Source: an uncultured bacterium (GTDB taxonomy: Bacteria > B130-G9). Taken from it: a stretch of DNA of 41,539 nt. A model generated the notes under the pieces. That model was not told the origin of the DNA, ran no database searches, and saw nothing but the letters and a program-made list of their open reading frames with translations. Below, piece by piece: positions 7,894-17,347 of the stretch. Within the stretch, counting starts at the first letter, position 1; every line of letters starts with the position of its first letter. The DNA lies in the NCBI GenBank assembly GCA_965372715.1, contig CBDVDH010000034.1, positions 1-41,539 on the forward strand. The letters run 5' to 3'. Made by a program: the position numbers and the translations under genes.

Positions 7894-9771
7894 TCATGGC
7901 GTTTCGATGGTGAAGGCGTAGATGCATGGCCCGGCGAGGTATGTTAGCGTGCCCGGCTCTGTGAGCGCGGCGGCGAAGAGGTAATTGCCGTCCATGCCGC
8001 CCGGGACCGGGGTCTCAAAGGCCGTAACAACGCCAGACGCGAAGCCCTCTACTAGCGGGATGTCCGAGAACCAGGGGTAGAGGCCCACGGCGAAGCTGTC
8101 GCCCCTGAAGCACATTATCGCCCCGTCCGGTAGCACGATAGCCACATAGACATCGACCGCAACCGCGGGGCCAGGGTTATCGACCTCAACTTGCGCGATG
8201 AGCGTGTCGCCCGGCGCGAAGTTCTCGTCGTTCAGATAACAATAGATAGCAAGTTCGCCCGCCATATCGGTCGGGTAGTGATAGCCGAGGTCAGCCATCC
8301 AGCTGTCGGCCACGCCGTCGGTTCGCGTCGTGAGGCAGTCGAGTTCGCAGTTCGCGGCAGTGTCGTTCCCAGCGTCGATGCACGGGCTATCCTCATCTTG
8401 CCCGGCCGGGACACAGGAAAGGTAATAATCGCCGTCGGGCCCCGTTGCAAAGAGCGGATCGTCGGAGATGTTATTATCCCCTGGATAGCCGCCATAGACG
8501 CAGCAGTTGCTGACCGAGGCCGAGCAGCCCTCGTAAAGATCGATCTCCGTCCCGTTCGCCCACAGTATAGAGTTCTCGAGCGTCGTGGTTGAGTTGTTGA
8601 GTATCCCAACAGCCCCACCGAACTGCCCAGCAGAGTTGGAATCGAACGTGCAGTTGCTGATGAACGGCTGCGCCTCGTTATCGACATACATGCCGCCGCC
8701 GGTATATTGGGCCACGTTCAAGGCAAAGAGGCAGTTCTTGACGGTCGGGAGGCAGTCGTTGGCGGAGATACCACCGCCCCAACTGGCGGAGTTGTTGACG
8801 AATTCGCAGCTGACGATGTCTCCGCCAGCGCCCCAAATGTGGATTCCAGCGCCCGAGGCCGCCTCGTTGCCCCTGAACTCACAACGCTTGATGTCGAAGT
8901 AGGAATTGCTCGTCTGTATGGCGCCGCCAGTCCGGGCGTAATTGAGCAAAAACGAGCAGTCCTCAATTAGCGGCGAGGCTTCGCTCAGCCCAATGCCGCC
9001 GCCCCAGCTGCCACCGCTCGGGTCCGGGATGCACCAGTTGTCAAGGATGGCGCACGAGGCGATTCTGGGGGACGAATCGTCGCACACGATGCCGGCGCCG
9101 ATCACGGCGGAGTTGCTCTCGATGGTGCAATGGATGACGGTCGGAGAAGACCTGAAGATGCCGACTCCGCCGCCGTAGCTGTAGCCATTGGCGTCGGGAA
9201 TCGAGCTGTTGTCCGAGATGAGGCAGCCCTCGAGCCAGACGTCGGCGCGAGCGTCACAGTGAACGCCGCCGCCCATCCAGGCGCTGTTCTCGCCTATCGT
9301 GCAGTATTGCATGATGATGTCTGAACAGGCTGCGAAGAGCAAGCCGCCGCCCTTGCCGTCGGTGCCGGCGCCGCTGGCCTCGCCGCCCTTAACCGTCAAG
9401 TCCTCAATCGTGAGGTGATCGACTTGGGCGCAATAGATGACGTGATATGCGCTCTCCTCCGCGTCGAGTATCACGGTGTTTGCGCCCTCGCCCGACAGTG
9501 AGACATAGGACTTCATCTGAAGCGGGAAGCTCTCGCCGTTCTCGGACGGCGAATACGTGCCCGCGGCGATGTAGATAGTCGCCGGATCGCCCGCTGTCCC
9601 GTTCACAGAAGCGAGCGCATGAGAGATTGTCTTCCAGGCCACTAGCGGCGAGGCGCCGGTGTTCGCGTCTGACCCGTTATCGGCATCGACATAGTAATCT
9701 GCCGCCAGCACGGCGCCGACCACCGCTAGCAGACAAGAGACGCAAGTCAAAAAAAGACTAAGGTTTCGCAT
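7894..9771 (-). CDS. Secreted right-handed parallel beta-helix protein (DUF1565-like N-terminus, GGG/FxxN repeats, distinct C-terminal beta domain)
   Basis: Signal peptide MRNLSLFLTCVSCLLAVVGAVLA; YYVD..GSDANTG..AWKTISHAL; repeated NxAxxGGG; SPCIDAG motif. Confidence 0.85.
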   Translation of the reverse strand: MRNLSLFLTCVSCLLAVVGAVLAADYYVDADNGSDANTGASPLVAWKTISHALASVNGTAGDPATIYIAAGTYSPSENGESFPLQMKSYVSLSGEGANTVILDAEESAYHVIYCAQVDHLTIEDLTVKGGEASGAGTDGKGGGLLFAACSDIIMQYCTIGENSAWMGGGVHCDARADVWLEGCLISDNSSIPDANGYSYGGGVGIFRSSPTVIHCTIESNSAVIGAGIVCDDSSPRIASCAILDNWCIPDPSGGSWGGGIGLSEASPLIEDCSFLLNYARTGGAIQTSNSYFDIKRCEFRGNEAASGAGIHIWGAGGDIVSCEFVNNSASWGGGISANDCLPTVKNCLFALNVAQYTGGGMYVDNEAQPFISNCTFDSNSAGQFGGAVGILNNSTTTLENSILWANGTEIDLYEGCSASVSNCCVYGGYPGDNNISDDPLFATGPDGDYYLSCVPAGQDEDSPCIDAGNDTAANCELDCLTTRTDGVADSWMADLGYHYPTDMAGELAIYCYLNDENFAPGDTLIAQVEVDNPGPAVAVDVYVAIVLPDGAIMCFRGDSFAVGLYPWFSDIPLVEGFASGVVTAFETPVPGGMDGNYLFAAALTEPGTLTYLAGPCIYAFTIETP

Positions 9772-9920
9772 TCTTCTGCCCTCCTGGATTCACATCTGAC
9801 ATCTACCTAGTGTTGCGGAGACCTTAGCACAAGGTAGGACAAGGTTTCAACGTTGGTCTGAAGCCAATCTCACGAGAAGGCCTCGCCACCGAGTGCGCAC
9901 TCCGCGCGGCCCACTTAGTA

Positions 9921-10859
9921 TCACGCCGACTGTTCGCAGGGAGCCTCGAGGAAGGTCAAAGACCGAAGCTCGGTATCGGCAGCGATCATCACGCCTTGCG
10001 GGAGGGTGATCTTGCGGGCGATGTGGCCGAAGGGGAGGCCTGAGAGGATTGGGTAGGGACGGCACGCGAGCTTCTCCATCAGGACTTGGTCGAGCGTGAG
10101 CGTGGGCTTGCGCCGGCGCGGGTAACACCGAACGAAGCGGCCGAGCAGGACCCCCGCGACGCGTGCAAGCACCCCAGCCAATTCGAGCTGCGTGAGGTAG
10201 CGGTCGATCCTGTATGGGGGCTCGTCAACGTCCTCGAGGAAGAGGACCGCGCCGGTCATGTCGGGGAAGTAGTCTGACCCGAGCAGAGCTGCGATGACGG
10301 AGAGACAACCGCCGACCAGCCTTCCCTGGGCCTTGCCTGGGGAGAGTGTCTTGATGCTTTTGGGCCACTGTCTCGGAAAGAGCGGCGCCCCCGCCCGAGC
10401 ATTGAACGCGTGCAACATGCGTGCAACGGATTGGGGCGCGGTCGGTCGAGCAAAGTCGATTGAGGCGACGGGGCCGTAGAATGACACGAGATCGCAACGA
10501 GCGAGTAGGGCCAGTTGTAGGGCGGTTGCGTCGCTGTATCCCACCAGAATCTTCGGGTTCTTTTTGACGACGTCATAGTCGATGAGTTCAAGGAGCCTTG
10601 CCGAGCCATAGCCGCCGCGTGCGGTGAAGATGGCGTCGGTCTCGGGGTCCGCGAACATCGTGTTGATGTCCCAGGCGCGCTGCTCGTCGGTCCCCGCGAG
10701 ATAGCCACGCCGGCTGAACAGATATTGACCCAGCCTGACGCGATAGCCCTGCCTTGTCAGGAATCGCGTCGCTTTACTGATCGACGCCTGATCGACGGGA
10801 CCGGACGGAGCGATTATGCCGATCGTGCCGCCGGTCGGGAGCGGTTTTGGTTTCAGCAT
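9921..10859 (-). CDS. ldcA: LD-carboxypeptidase (peptidase S66)
   Basis: IIAPSGP, YLAGTDEQRA, RGGYGS, VGYSDAT (catalytic Ser), GGCLS, LEDVDE, FGH. Confidence 0.93.
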   Translation of the reverse strand: MLKPKPLPTGGTIGIIAPSGPVDQASISKATRFLTRQGYRVRLGQYLFSRRGYLAGTDEQRAWDINTMFADPETDAIFTARGGYGSARLLELIDYDVVKKNPKILVGYSDATALQLALLARCDLVSFYGPVASIDFARPTAPQSVARMLHAFNARAGAPLFPRQWPKSIKTLSPGKAQGRLVGGCLSVIAALLGSDYFPDMTGAVLFLEDVDEPPYRIDRYLTQLELAGVLARVAGVLLGRFVRCYPRRRKPTLTLDQVLMEKLACRPYPILSGLPFGHIARKITLPQGVMIAADTELRSLTFLEAPCEQSA

Positions 10860-10909
10860 CTAAACACCTTGTTGGACCCCGGCGTGGACTTGGTGGTTGG
10901 TTTCCAAGA

Positions 10910-11464
10910 CTATTCAAAGAACACCAGGGAGTACCAATTCTGCTTCTCTGACCCTTCCGGGTCCTTGAGGGTCTGTATGGGTAGCCCAAGGCCCCGGGCG
11001 GTGGCAAAGACGTCGATGCCCATCCCCTGCATCGGTGGCCTTGCCCGGGCCGGGTCAACGCACGGCTTGGCATTCTGATACGCACAGCTCTCACATATCG
11101 CGCAGTCGCTGAGGCTGAATGCGAAGTAGTAGTCATCTGTGTATGCTTGGCTCTCAATTGCGATGGAGATCTTTTGGCTATCGTTCTGGTTGTTCGTATG
11201 AATGATGAGAGCCCAGGAGTACCTCTTTAACAGCGGCTCGGCCTCCCAGGGCATCAGCGCTTTCGGGGCGGACGGGCAGACCCAGCTTCTGTTCCAGCTG
11301 TCGCAGCCGTACATGCACTTCAGTATCGTTCGGTGGTCGAACACGATGCTGTCGATTGAGACGATCAGCGCGTCCACTGCGCCCATTTTAAGCGCCCGCT
11401 TGGTGTAACCAGCAAAGGCCTTCCGCGCCTGTTCGATACTCGTTGGCTTATCGAGCTTAGGCAT
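10910..11464 (-). CDS. Cys-rich predicted metal-binding protein (DUF2284-like)
   Basis: KCMYGC..W.CP, CAICESC, C..P..ARP.MQGMGIDVF pattern. Confidence 0.8.
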   Translation of the reverse strand: MPKLDKPTSIEQARKAFAGYTKRALKMGAVDALIVSIDSIVFDHRTILKCMYGCDSWNRSWVCPSAPKALMPWEAEPLLKRYSWALIIHTNNQNDSQKISIAIESQAYTDDYYFAFSLSDCAICESCAYQNAKPCVDPARARPPMQGMGIDVFATARGLGLPIQTLKDPEGSEKQNWYSLVFFE

Positions 11465-11485
11465 TGTTACGCCGCCTCTTAAGCA

Positions 11486-12664
11486 TTAGTTCTCACCCTC
11501 AGACGCCGTCTTGATCCGCTTATAGGATGGTATATGGATCCTGTGGGACAGGCCGGCGTTGTTTATCTGTTCAATGGTGAAGATCTTGTCGAGCTCGATT
11601 ACCTCCGTCTGGGGCTCCAGCAGCTCATCGAAGTGCGTTGCGATCAGCGTTGCCGTGATCGTATTGCCGGCCGTCTCATCCAGCCTGGTCCCGCAGAAAA
11701 CCTTTGCCTGGGGGCTAACAGTGCCGGTTATTCTCGACTTCAGTTCCATCGCCTCGGAGGCCATGACTTTGTAGCCAAGCGTTGTAATCAGCAGGATCGC
11801 CTGTGCCCCTTCCATGGGGGGATGATCGACCAGACTGTTGTGCAGGAGCCTCTCAACGAGCTCATCGACCTTGTTGTGCCCGGAAGCCGTTGCCTCCGCC
11901 ACAACCATCATCCCGCCGTCTTCGATTACGGCTCTTATGGACCCGAAATCTATCGCCATCTTTGCGGGCAAGAGAATCAGGTCCGTCACGCTGGCTATGA
12001 TGCTCGTGAGCAGTTCATCACGAAGCTTCAGCGCCTCGTAATACGTTATCTCGGGAGTCAAAGAAAAGAGCTTATCGTTAGGGATAACAATAATGCTGTC
12101 GGCGCAGGAGCGAAGCTCGGCGACCCCCGCAGCGGCGCTGTCCGCCTTCTGTCGTCCCTCATACTCGAATGGCGATGAAACCACAGCTACCGTGAGCGCC
12201 CCCGCGTCTTTAGCGATCTTGGCGAGGTGCGCCGCCGCCCCGGACCCAGTGCCACCGCCCATGCCGGCCGCGATGAGAACCATCCTGTAGTCGCTTGCGA
12301 TCTCGACCCACTTCTGCGAGGCTTCTTGGGCCGCTGCCTTGCCCAGCTCGGCGTCACCGCCACTTCCAATGCTCCTAGTTGTCTCCTTCCCAAGCAGCAG
12401 TTTCGACTCAATTGCGAGCCGTTCAAGTGACACGTAGTCTGTGTCAATCGCGATGAAGTCGAGCGACCCCACGACCCGATTCTGCATCTGCTCAATCAGG
12501 TTACACCCGTCGCCGCCCACTCCGGCGACCAGGACCTTGGTCTGTGGTGTCCGATCCTGGTCGCGCGCAAACCACACGAATGGCCATTTGGGCTTAGGGC
12601 GGACGGACGGCGGTCCGAAAGCGAACGACACTCCTGACGGCACAATTTCGGCTATGCTTCCCAT
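11486..12664 (-). CDS. ftsZ: Cell division protein FtsZ, strongly divergent
   Basis: Tubulin signature GMGGGTGSG, PFEYEG, VIPNDKL, C-terminal IPSYKR peptide, position after ftsA; T7 loop degenerate. Confidence 0.88.
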   Translation of the reverse strand: MGSIAEIVPSGVSFAFGPPSVRPKPKWPFVWFARDQDRTPQTKVLVAGVGGDGCNLIEQMQNRVVGSLDFIAIDTDYVSLERLAIESKLLLGKETTRSIGSGGDAELGKAAAQEASQKWVEIASDYRMVLIAAGMGGGTGSGAAAHLAKIAKDAGALTVAVVSSPFEYEGRQKADSAAAGVAELRSCADSIIVIPNDKLFSLTPEITYYEALKLRDELLTSIIASVTDLILLPAKMAIDFGSIRAVIEDGGMMVVAEATASGHNKVDELVERLLHNSLVDHPPMEGAQAILLITTLGYKVMASEAMELKSRITGTVSPQAKVFCGTRLDETAGNTITATLIATHFDELLEPQTEVIELDKIFTIEQINNAGLSHRIHIPSYKRIKTASEGEN

Positions 12665-12681
12665 CTTCTCTTACCTCCAAA

Positions 12682-13980
12682 CTACGTAAGTGCTACATTC
12701 TTGCATGTTAACGCGTCCCACGCCCGCCTGAACAGCGAACGGTTTCTATCCGAGAGGATGCCGATCCCAGCCGCCGGCTCAGAACCGTAAAGCAGCAGGC
12801 CCACCACGGTCGCGAAGCAGGGGTCCTGAAGCGCCCCGTCGAAGCACTCCGTGTCGGTACACCTTGCCTTCCGGGCCTGAACGCCGAAGATACGGGAAGC
12901 TAATCCGCACAGGCCGACGCTGGCCGAGCCTCCCCCAGTCAAGACAACGCTGCGTTTGATGTACTTCTCCGCATCCGCTCGGTGGATGTCATTCCTAAGC
13001 GTCAGCAGGATCTCAGAGTACCTCGATGAGATCGCCCTGACTGCCTTGGGGTCCGGCCTGTTCTCGTCCTTATCAGGGAGCAGGGACTCGATATGACCCT
13101 CGGTTGGACGAGGCTTCTCAACAATGCAACCAGCACTAGTCTTGACCTCCTCAGCCGTATGGAAGTCGCAGCCAAGGCACTCGGCAACATCCCTGGTCAC
13201 AAAGCCCCCACCCATAGCCAGGCAACTCGCGTATCTGGGTGACCCGCCGAAGTAGATGATGGCATCCGTTGTGCCCATGCCCAGGTCGATGAGCAGAACC
13301 CCATCCTCAGTCTCGTCCGGCGCCAGGCACGCCCTGGCTGACGCGAGCGACTGCAGGACGATGAGCCTGGCCGAGAGATGCGCCTCCCCGAGTGCTCTTT
13401 CGAGCTCATTGACTGCCCTCTGTGACGCTATGACGACCTTGATATGGGCCGCCAGGCGCTCCCCGGTCTTCCCAAGCGGGTTCTTAATGAACTTCCGGGT
13501 ATCGACCGCGAAGTCCTGCAAAATCGTGTGAAGTGTCTTCTCGTCGGAGCGCACTGTAACCGACTTTGCATCCTCGAGCGCGTGCTGGAGGTCGCTATCT
13601 ACTATCTCTCTCATTGCGCGTGTCTCTTTGGATGAGGATGACCCCGTAAGGGAGATGGCGCCCACGCTATCGATGGCCCTGGCGTGCCGGCCACTCAGCG
13701 AAACGACGACGTCCTTGATTTCGACCGACGCCATCACGGAAGCCTCGTCAGCCGCCGCTCTGATCGAGCTCGCAACCTTGGCGATGTCCACGAACTCCCC
13801 TCGCTCGACACCCCGCGTCCGCTCCTCACCGACGCCGACGATTCTGAGACGCGTGGAGCCTTCTCCGCCATCCCCCAGCTCCAGGTCTTCCTCAACTTCG
13901 CATAACTGGGCGATAACTGCCCGGGTGTTCTCCGAGCCAATATCCAAGGCGGAGACAAACTGCGGCGCTCGTCCAAACAT
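12682..13980 (-). CDS. ftsA: Cell division protein FtsA
   Basis: ALDIGS, DLGMGTT, AEEVK, VLTGGGS, FATVVGLL, C-terminal amphipathic SLFRRAWDAL. Confidence 0.9.
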   Translation of the reverse strand: MFGRAPQFVSALDIGSENTRAVIAQLCEVEEDLELGDGGEGSTRLRIVGVGEERTRGVERGEFVDIAKVASSIRAAADEASVMASVEIKDVVVSLSGRHARAIDSVGAISLTGSSSSKETRAMREIVDSDLQHALEDAKSVTVRSDEKTLHTILQDFAVDTRKFIKNPLGKTGERLAAHIKVVIASQRAVNELERALGEAHLSARLIVLQSLASARACLAPDETEDGVLLIDLGMGTTDAIIYFGGSPRYASCLAMGGGFVTRDVAECLGCDFHTAEEVKTSAGCIVEKPRPTEGHIESLLPDKDENRPDPKAVRAISSRYSEILLTLRNDIHRADAEKYIKRSVVLTGGGSASVGLCGLASRIFGVQARKARCTDTECFDGALQDPCFATVVGLLLYGSEPAAGIGILSDRNRSLFRRAWDALTCKNVALT

Positions 13981-13994
13981 AAACCTCTCCAGTA

Positions 13995-14849
13995 TTATCC
14001 GCTGTTCTTCCTCAGCACTATCTGGCCTCTAAACCTGAGGTCCGCGTATCTAAATCTGCCTTTATGGCGGGCTATCTCAGGTATTGCTAGGACGTACTTC
14101 TGAATCTGCCGCTTGGGCTCTTTCAGCGAGAAAACGAGCGCTGGCTCGCTAGCCCTGGGCCAGATTTGCACCTCGATGCGATCAACGACCTCGATTCGTG
14201 AGTCTGGGCCGAAATGCTCCAGTGCCAAGTCTGACAGCGAATCACACAATGCGACGAGGTCGGTGAAGAAGAGGTCTTTCACCCTCCCGCCAGGCCGGTT
14301 AGAGTCAAACGCAAGGCCCTGAACCGAGGGCAGGGAAACGGCCCCTCGCCCACTGGGCAAGGATAAGATGACCCCGTCGTCGGAAAGCCCCCACCATCTG
14401 CCATCGAGATTGGTCACAAATCTGGGCTTTCGCTCTTGCACGTTCACTACAAGGGTCGACGGGAACAGCCTTTTGAACGCGACGCTCTTGACTGAGGGCA
14501 TTGGGTCAAACAGATCGGCCACGTCCCGAGCTGAAACACCGAACAGGGAGCGACCCAGGCTGTTTGAGCATCCTTTGAGAATGCTGCTGGTGTCGAGGTC
14601 CCCGGCCGTCTCGACCACAATCTGACGCACCGCGAAGAGCGACCAGAACAACTTCGAGACGGCTGCCCTAGTAGGCGCGAATAGCATTACCGCGGCCAAG
14701 GCCGCCGCCACGATACTCACGGCCACAATGCTTACGATTCCCTTCGGCCAAGTCCTGCTGTGCCGTTTTTTGACGGGCGGCTTGGCCAGGGATGGGCGGT
14801 AGCAGAAAGCGATGTGCTCGCGTCTAAGGTCGATCGGTCTTCTTCTCAT
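13995..14849 (-). CDS. ftsQ: Cell division protein FtsQ/DivIB
   Basis: Basic N-tail, single TM, POTRA (VKSVAFKRLFPSTLVVNVQERKP), C-terminal YADLRF; ATG 14849 with GGGAG RBS chosen over GTG 14888. Confidence 0.85.
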   Translation of the reverse strand: MRRRPIDLRREHIAFCYRPSLAKPPVKKRHSRTWPKGIVSIVAVSIVAAALAAVMLFAPTRAAVSKLFWSLFAVRQIVVETAGDLDTSSILKGCSNSLGRSLFGVSARDVADLFDPMPSVKSVAFKRLFPSTLVVNVQERKPRFVTNLDGRWWGLSDDGVILSLPSGRGAVSLPSVQGLAFDSNRPGGRVKDLFFTDLVALCDSLSDLALEHFGPDSRIEVVDRIEVQIWPRASEPALVFSLKEPKRQIQKYVLAIPEIARHKGRFRYADLRFRGQIVLRKNSG

Positions 14850-14993
14850 CTCATGGCTCCCGTGTGCGTCCCTTATTGCTGCACCCACAGCCCTCTATAT
14901 GGGCTTGTCCCTGACAAGGGCAAGCCGCCAGTCCAGGCCATCTGTTCGGCCCCATGTTGTCGCAGACCCTCATCGCATTCGCTGGGCACAACG

Positions 14994-15944
14994 CTATATC
15001 TCCATCAACCCGTGCTCGCCGAGAACCTGAACTTCAATTAGGAGCTCGAGCCCCATGGACCTTTTGACCTCATCCCGCGCGATCCTTATCAACGAGAGGA
15101 TGTCTGCCGCCCACGCGCCGCCGTCATTGACAATGAAATTCGCGTGCTTGTCAGAGACTCTCGCCCCCCCGACCTTGAGCCCCTTCAGCCCCGCACCGTC
15201 GATAAGCGACCCGGCGCTCCCCTCATCGGGGTTTTTGAAAACGCACCCAGCGCTCTTCTCGGAAATCGGCTGTGATTCGATGCGACGTCGGCTGAATGCC
15301 ATCGCGGCCTCGACCGTCTCGTTGGGATCGCGCTGCTGGAGCTCAAACGTCGCTCCCAGGACTATCTCCCCGGGGATGACGCCAGAGTGGCGATAGGACG
15401 CGGGGAAATCCGACGCGGGGCACGAGTGAACGGACCCGTCTCCCAACATGAGCCAAACCTCCGCGAGCGAGTCCCAAATCCACTTGTCGAAGGCCCCGGC
15501 GTTCACGAAAACGGCGCCTCCCACGGTGCCGGGCACGCCGGTCAGGGACTCGAGGCCCGACAAGCCCTTTTTCACCGTTGTATCGACAAGGGCTGAAAGG
15601 GGCCTCCCAGCTGGGACGATTTCTCCATTGGTCTCCGCGTTGGTCTCGTGCTCGAGCCTTTTGAGTGTGGCTACGACCCCTCTGAAGCCCCTGTCGTTCA
15701 CAATTACATTTGTCCCGTTACCTAGTATGAAAAGTGGCGCCGATTCCGACGCGCAGAATTGGCCTATCGCTGCCAGTTGCTCGACCGAGGCGGGTTCGAC
15801 GAAGACGTCTGCCGGCCCCCCGACCTCGAAGGATGTGTGAGTGCACAAAGGCTCGTCAAAGATACTCTCGCAACCCATATCGGCGCACAACGAAGAGAAA
15901 TCCTCTATCCAAGGTTCGACGCAAACGCCAAATCCCGACATCAT
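14994..15944 (-). CDS. murB: UDP-N-acetylenolpyruvoylglucosamine reductase
   Basis: HTSFEVGGPA, LGNGTN, PGTVGGAVFVNAGA, SAGCVFKNP, SDKHANFIVN. Confidence 0.95.
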   Translation of the reverse strand: MMSGFGVCVEPWIEDFSSLCADMGCESIFDEPLCTHTSFEVGGPADVFVEPASVEQLAAIGQFCASESAPLFILGNGTNVIVNDRGFRGVVATLKRLEHETNAETNGEIVPAGRPLSALVDTTVKKGLSGLESLTGVPGTVGGAVFVNAGAFDKWIWDSLAEVWLMLGDGSVHSCPASDFPASYRHSGVIPGEIVLGATFELQQRDPNETVEAAMAFSRRRIESQPISEKSAGCVFKNPDEGSAGSLIDGAGLKGLKVGGARVSDKHANFIVNDGGAWAADILSLIRIARDEVKRSMGLELLIEVQVLGEHGLMEI

Positions 15945-17347
15945 TCTTTCTCCCTAACTTTCTCTCTTATTCCCTCAAGGATGACGTCTCCCATCGTGTA
16001 TATATCGCCCGCGCCCAAGACCAGAACCATATCCCCCGGCCTTGCCTCCTTGACGAGGCGCTCTGCGGCCTGAGACTTGTTCTCGACATAATGGGCTGCC
16101 CGGTGCCCCATCCTTGTTACACCCTCGAGAATGAGGCGCCCGTCAACCCCCTCGATAGGTTTCTCTCCAGCCGGATAAATGGAGGTTATGACCAGGAAAT
16201 CCGCCTCGTTGAACACCGTGAAGAACTGCGGGAGGAGGTCTTGAGTCCTCGTGAACCGATGAGGCTGGAAAGTGACCAGAATCCTCCTTTGCCAGCCCAA
16301 TTTCGCTGCCTTGAGCGTTTCACGTATCTCGGTCGGATGATGCCCGTAGTCAACGATAACCATGATGTCATTCTCCACGCCCTTTAGCTCGAAGCGCCGC
16401 CCGGGTCGCACGAAATTCGCAAGTGCGTCGCTGATGACAGCAAAGTCGATACCGAGCTCAAGCCCAACCGTGACCGCGGCCAGCGCGTTATAAACGCTGA
16501 AGACCCCGGGCGATGCAATCGTTATCTGACCTAACCGTTGATGGCTTTGTCCCTGCCGCTTGTGAACCTCAAACTGGCTCGTGAATCCCTTGAAGCGAAC
16601 GTCCGTGGCCATGATGTCCGAGTCCGTAGCGAGGCCGTATGTTAAGAGCCGGCGTTTGATCTTGGGGATCAAAGACTTGAGATTTGGCTGGTCGAGGCAC
16701 ATCACTATCGTGCCGTAGAAGGGGACCTCGTTGGCGAAGCTCACAAACGTGTCAAAGAGCGCCTCCTCGCTCCCGTATCGCTCCATGTGCTCCCGCTCGA
16801 GTGAGGTGACGACGCCGATTGTCGGGGAGAGCTTCAAGATGGTCCCGTCCGACTCGCACGCCTCAGCAACCAGAATGTCGCCTGCGCCCAGCCGACCCCC
16901 GCTTCCGATGTCGCTGACGATGCCGCCAATGACCACCGTGGGATCGAGCTTAGCCGTCCTGAGGACGTTCGCGATCATGCAGGCCGTCGAGGTCTTGCCG
17001 TGGGTGCCAGCGACCGCGATCCCATACTTGCTCATCCGCATCAGCCCGGCCAGCATCTCCGCGCGGGGTATGTCCGGAATGCCGCTCTTCCTGGCCGCGA
17101 GAAGCTCTGGGTTATCCCCGGCAATGGCGTTTGAATAGACCACTAAGTCGGCTCCAGCAACATTTTTCTTCGAGTGAGGGATAAAGACCCTCGCGCCGAG
17201 GCTTTTGAGTCGCCCGATCAGGTCGCTGTCCTGAATATCGGACCCTGACACCTCATAGCCGAGCCTCAATAACACCTCGGCTATGCTGCTCATGCCACTG
17301 CCGCCGATGCCGACCAGATGAATCCTTCTAATCCCAGCGAACATCAC
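15941..17347 (-). CDS. murC: UDP-N-acetylmuramate--L-alanine ligase
   Basis: IHLVGIGGSGMS, GSD, AGTHGKTST, EACESDG, DYGHHPTEI, FQPHRFTRT, GAGDI. Confidence 0.97.
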   Translation of the reverse strand: MMFAGIRRIHLVGIGGSGMSSIAEVLLRLGYEVSGSDIQDSDLIGRLKSLGARVFIPHSKKNVAGADLVVYSNAIAGDNPELLAARKSGIPDIPRAEMLAGLMRMSKYGIAVAGTHGKTSTACMIANVLRTAKLDPTVVIGGIVSDIGSGGRLGAGDILVAEACESDGTILKLSPTIGVVTSLEREHMERYGSEEALFDTFVSFANEVPFYGTIVMCLDQPNLKSLIPKIKRRLLTYGLATDSDIMATDVRFKGFTSQFEVHKRQGQSHQRLGQITIASPGVFSVYNALAAVTVGLELGIDFAVISDALANFVRPGRRFELKGVENDIMVIVDYGHHPTEIRETLKAAKLGWQRRILVTFQPHRFTRTQDLLPQFFTVFNEADFLVITSIYPAGEKPIEGVDGRLILEGVTRMGHRAAHYVENKSQAAERLVKEARPGDMVLVLGAGDIYTMGDVILEGIREKVREKE

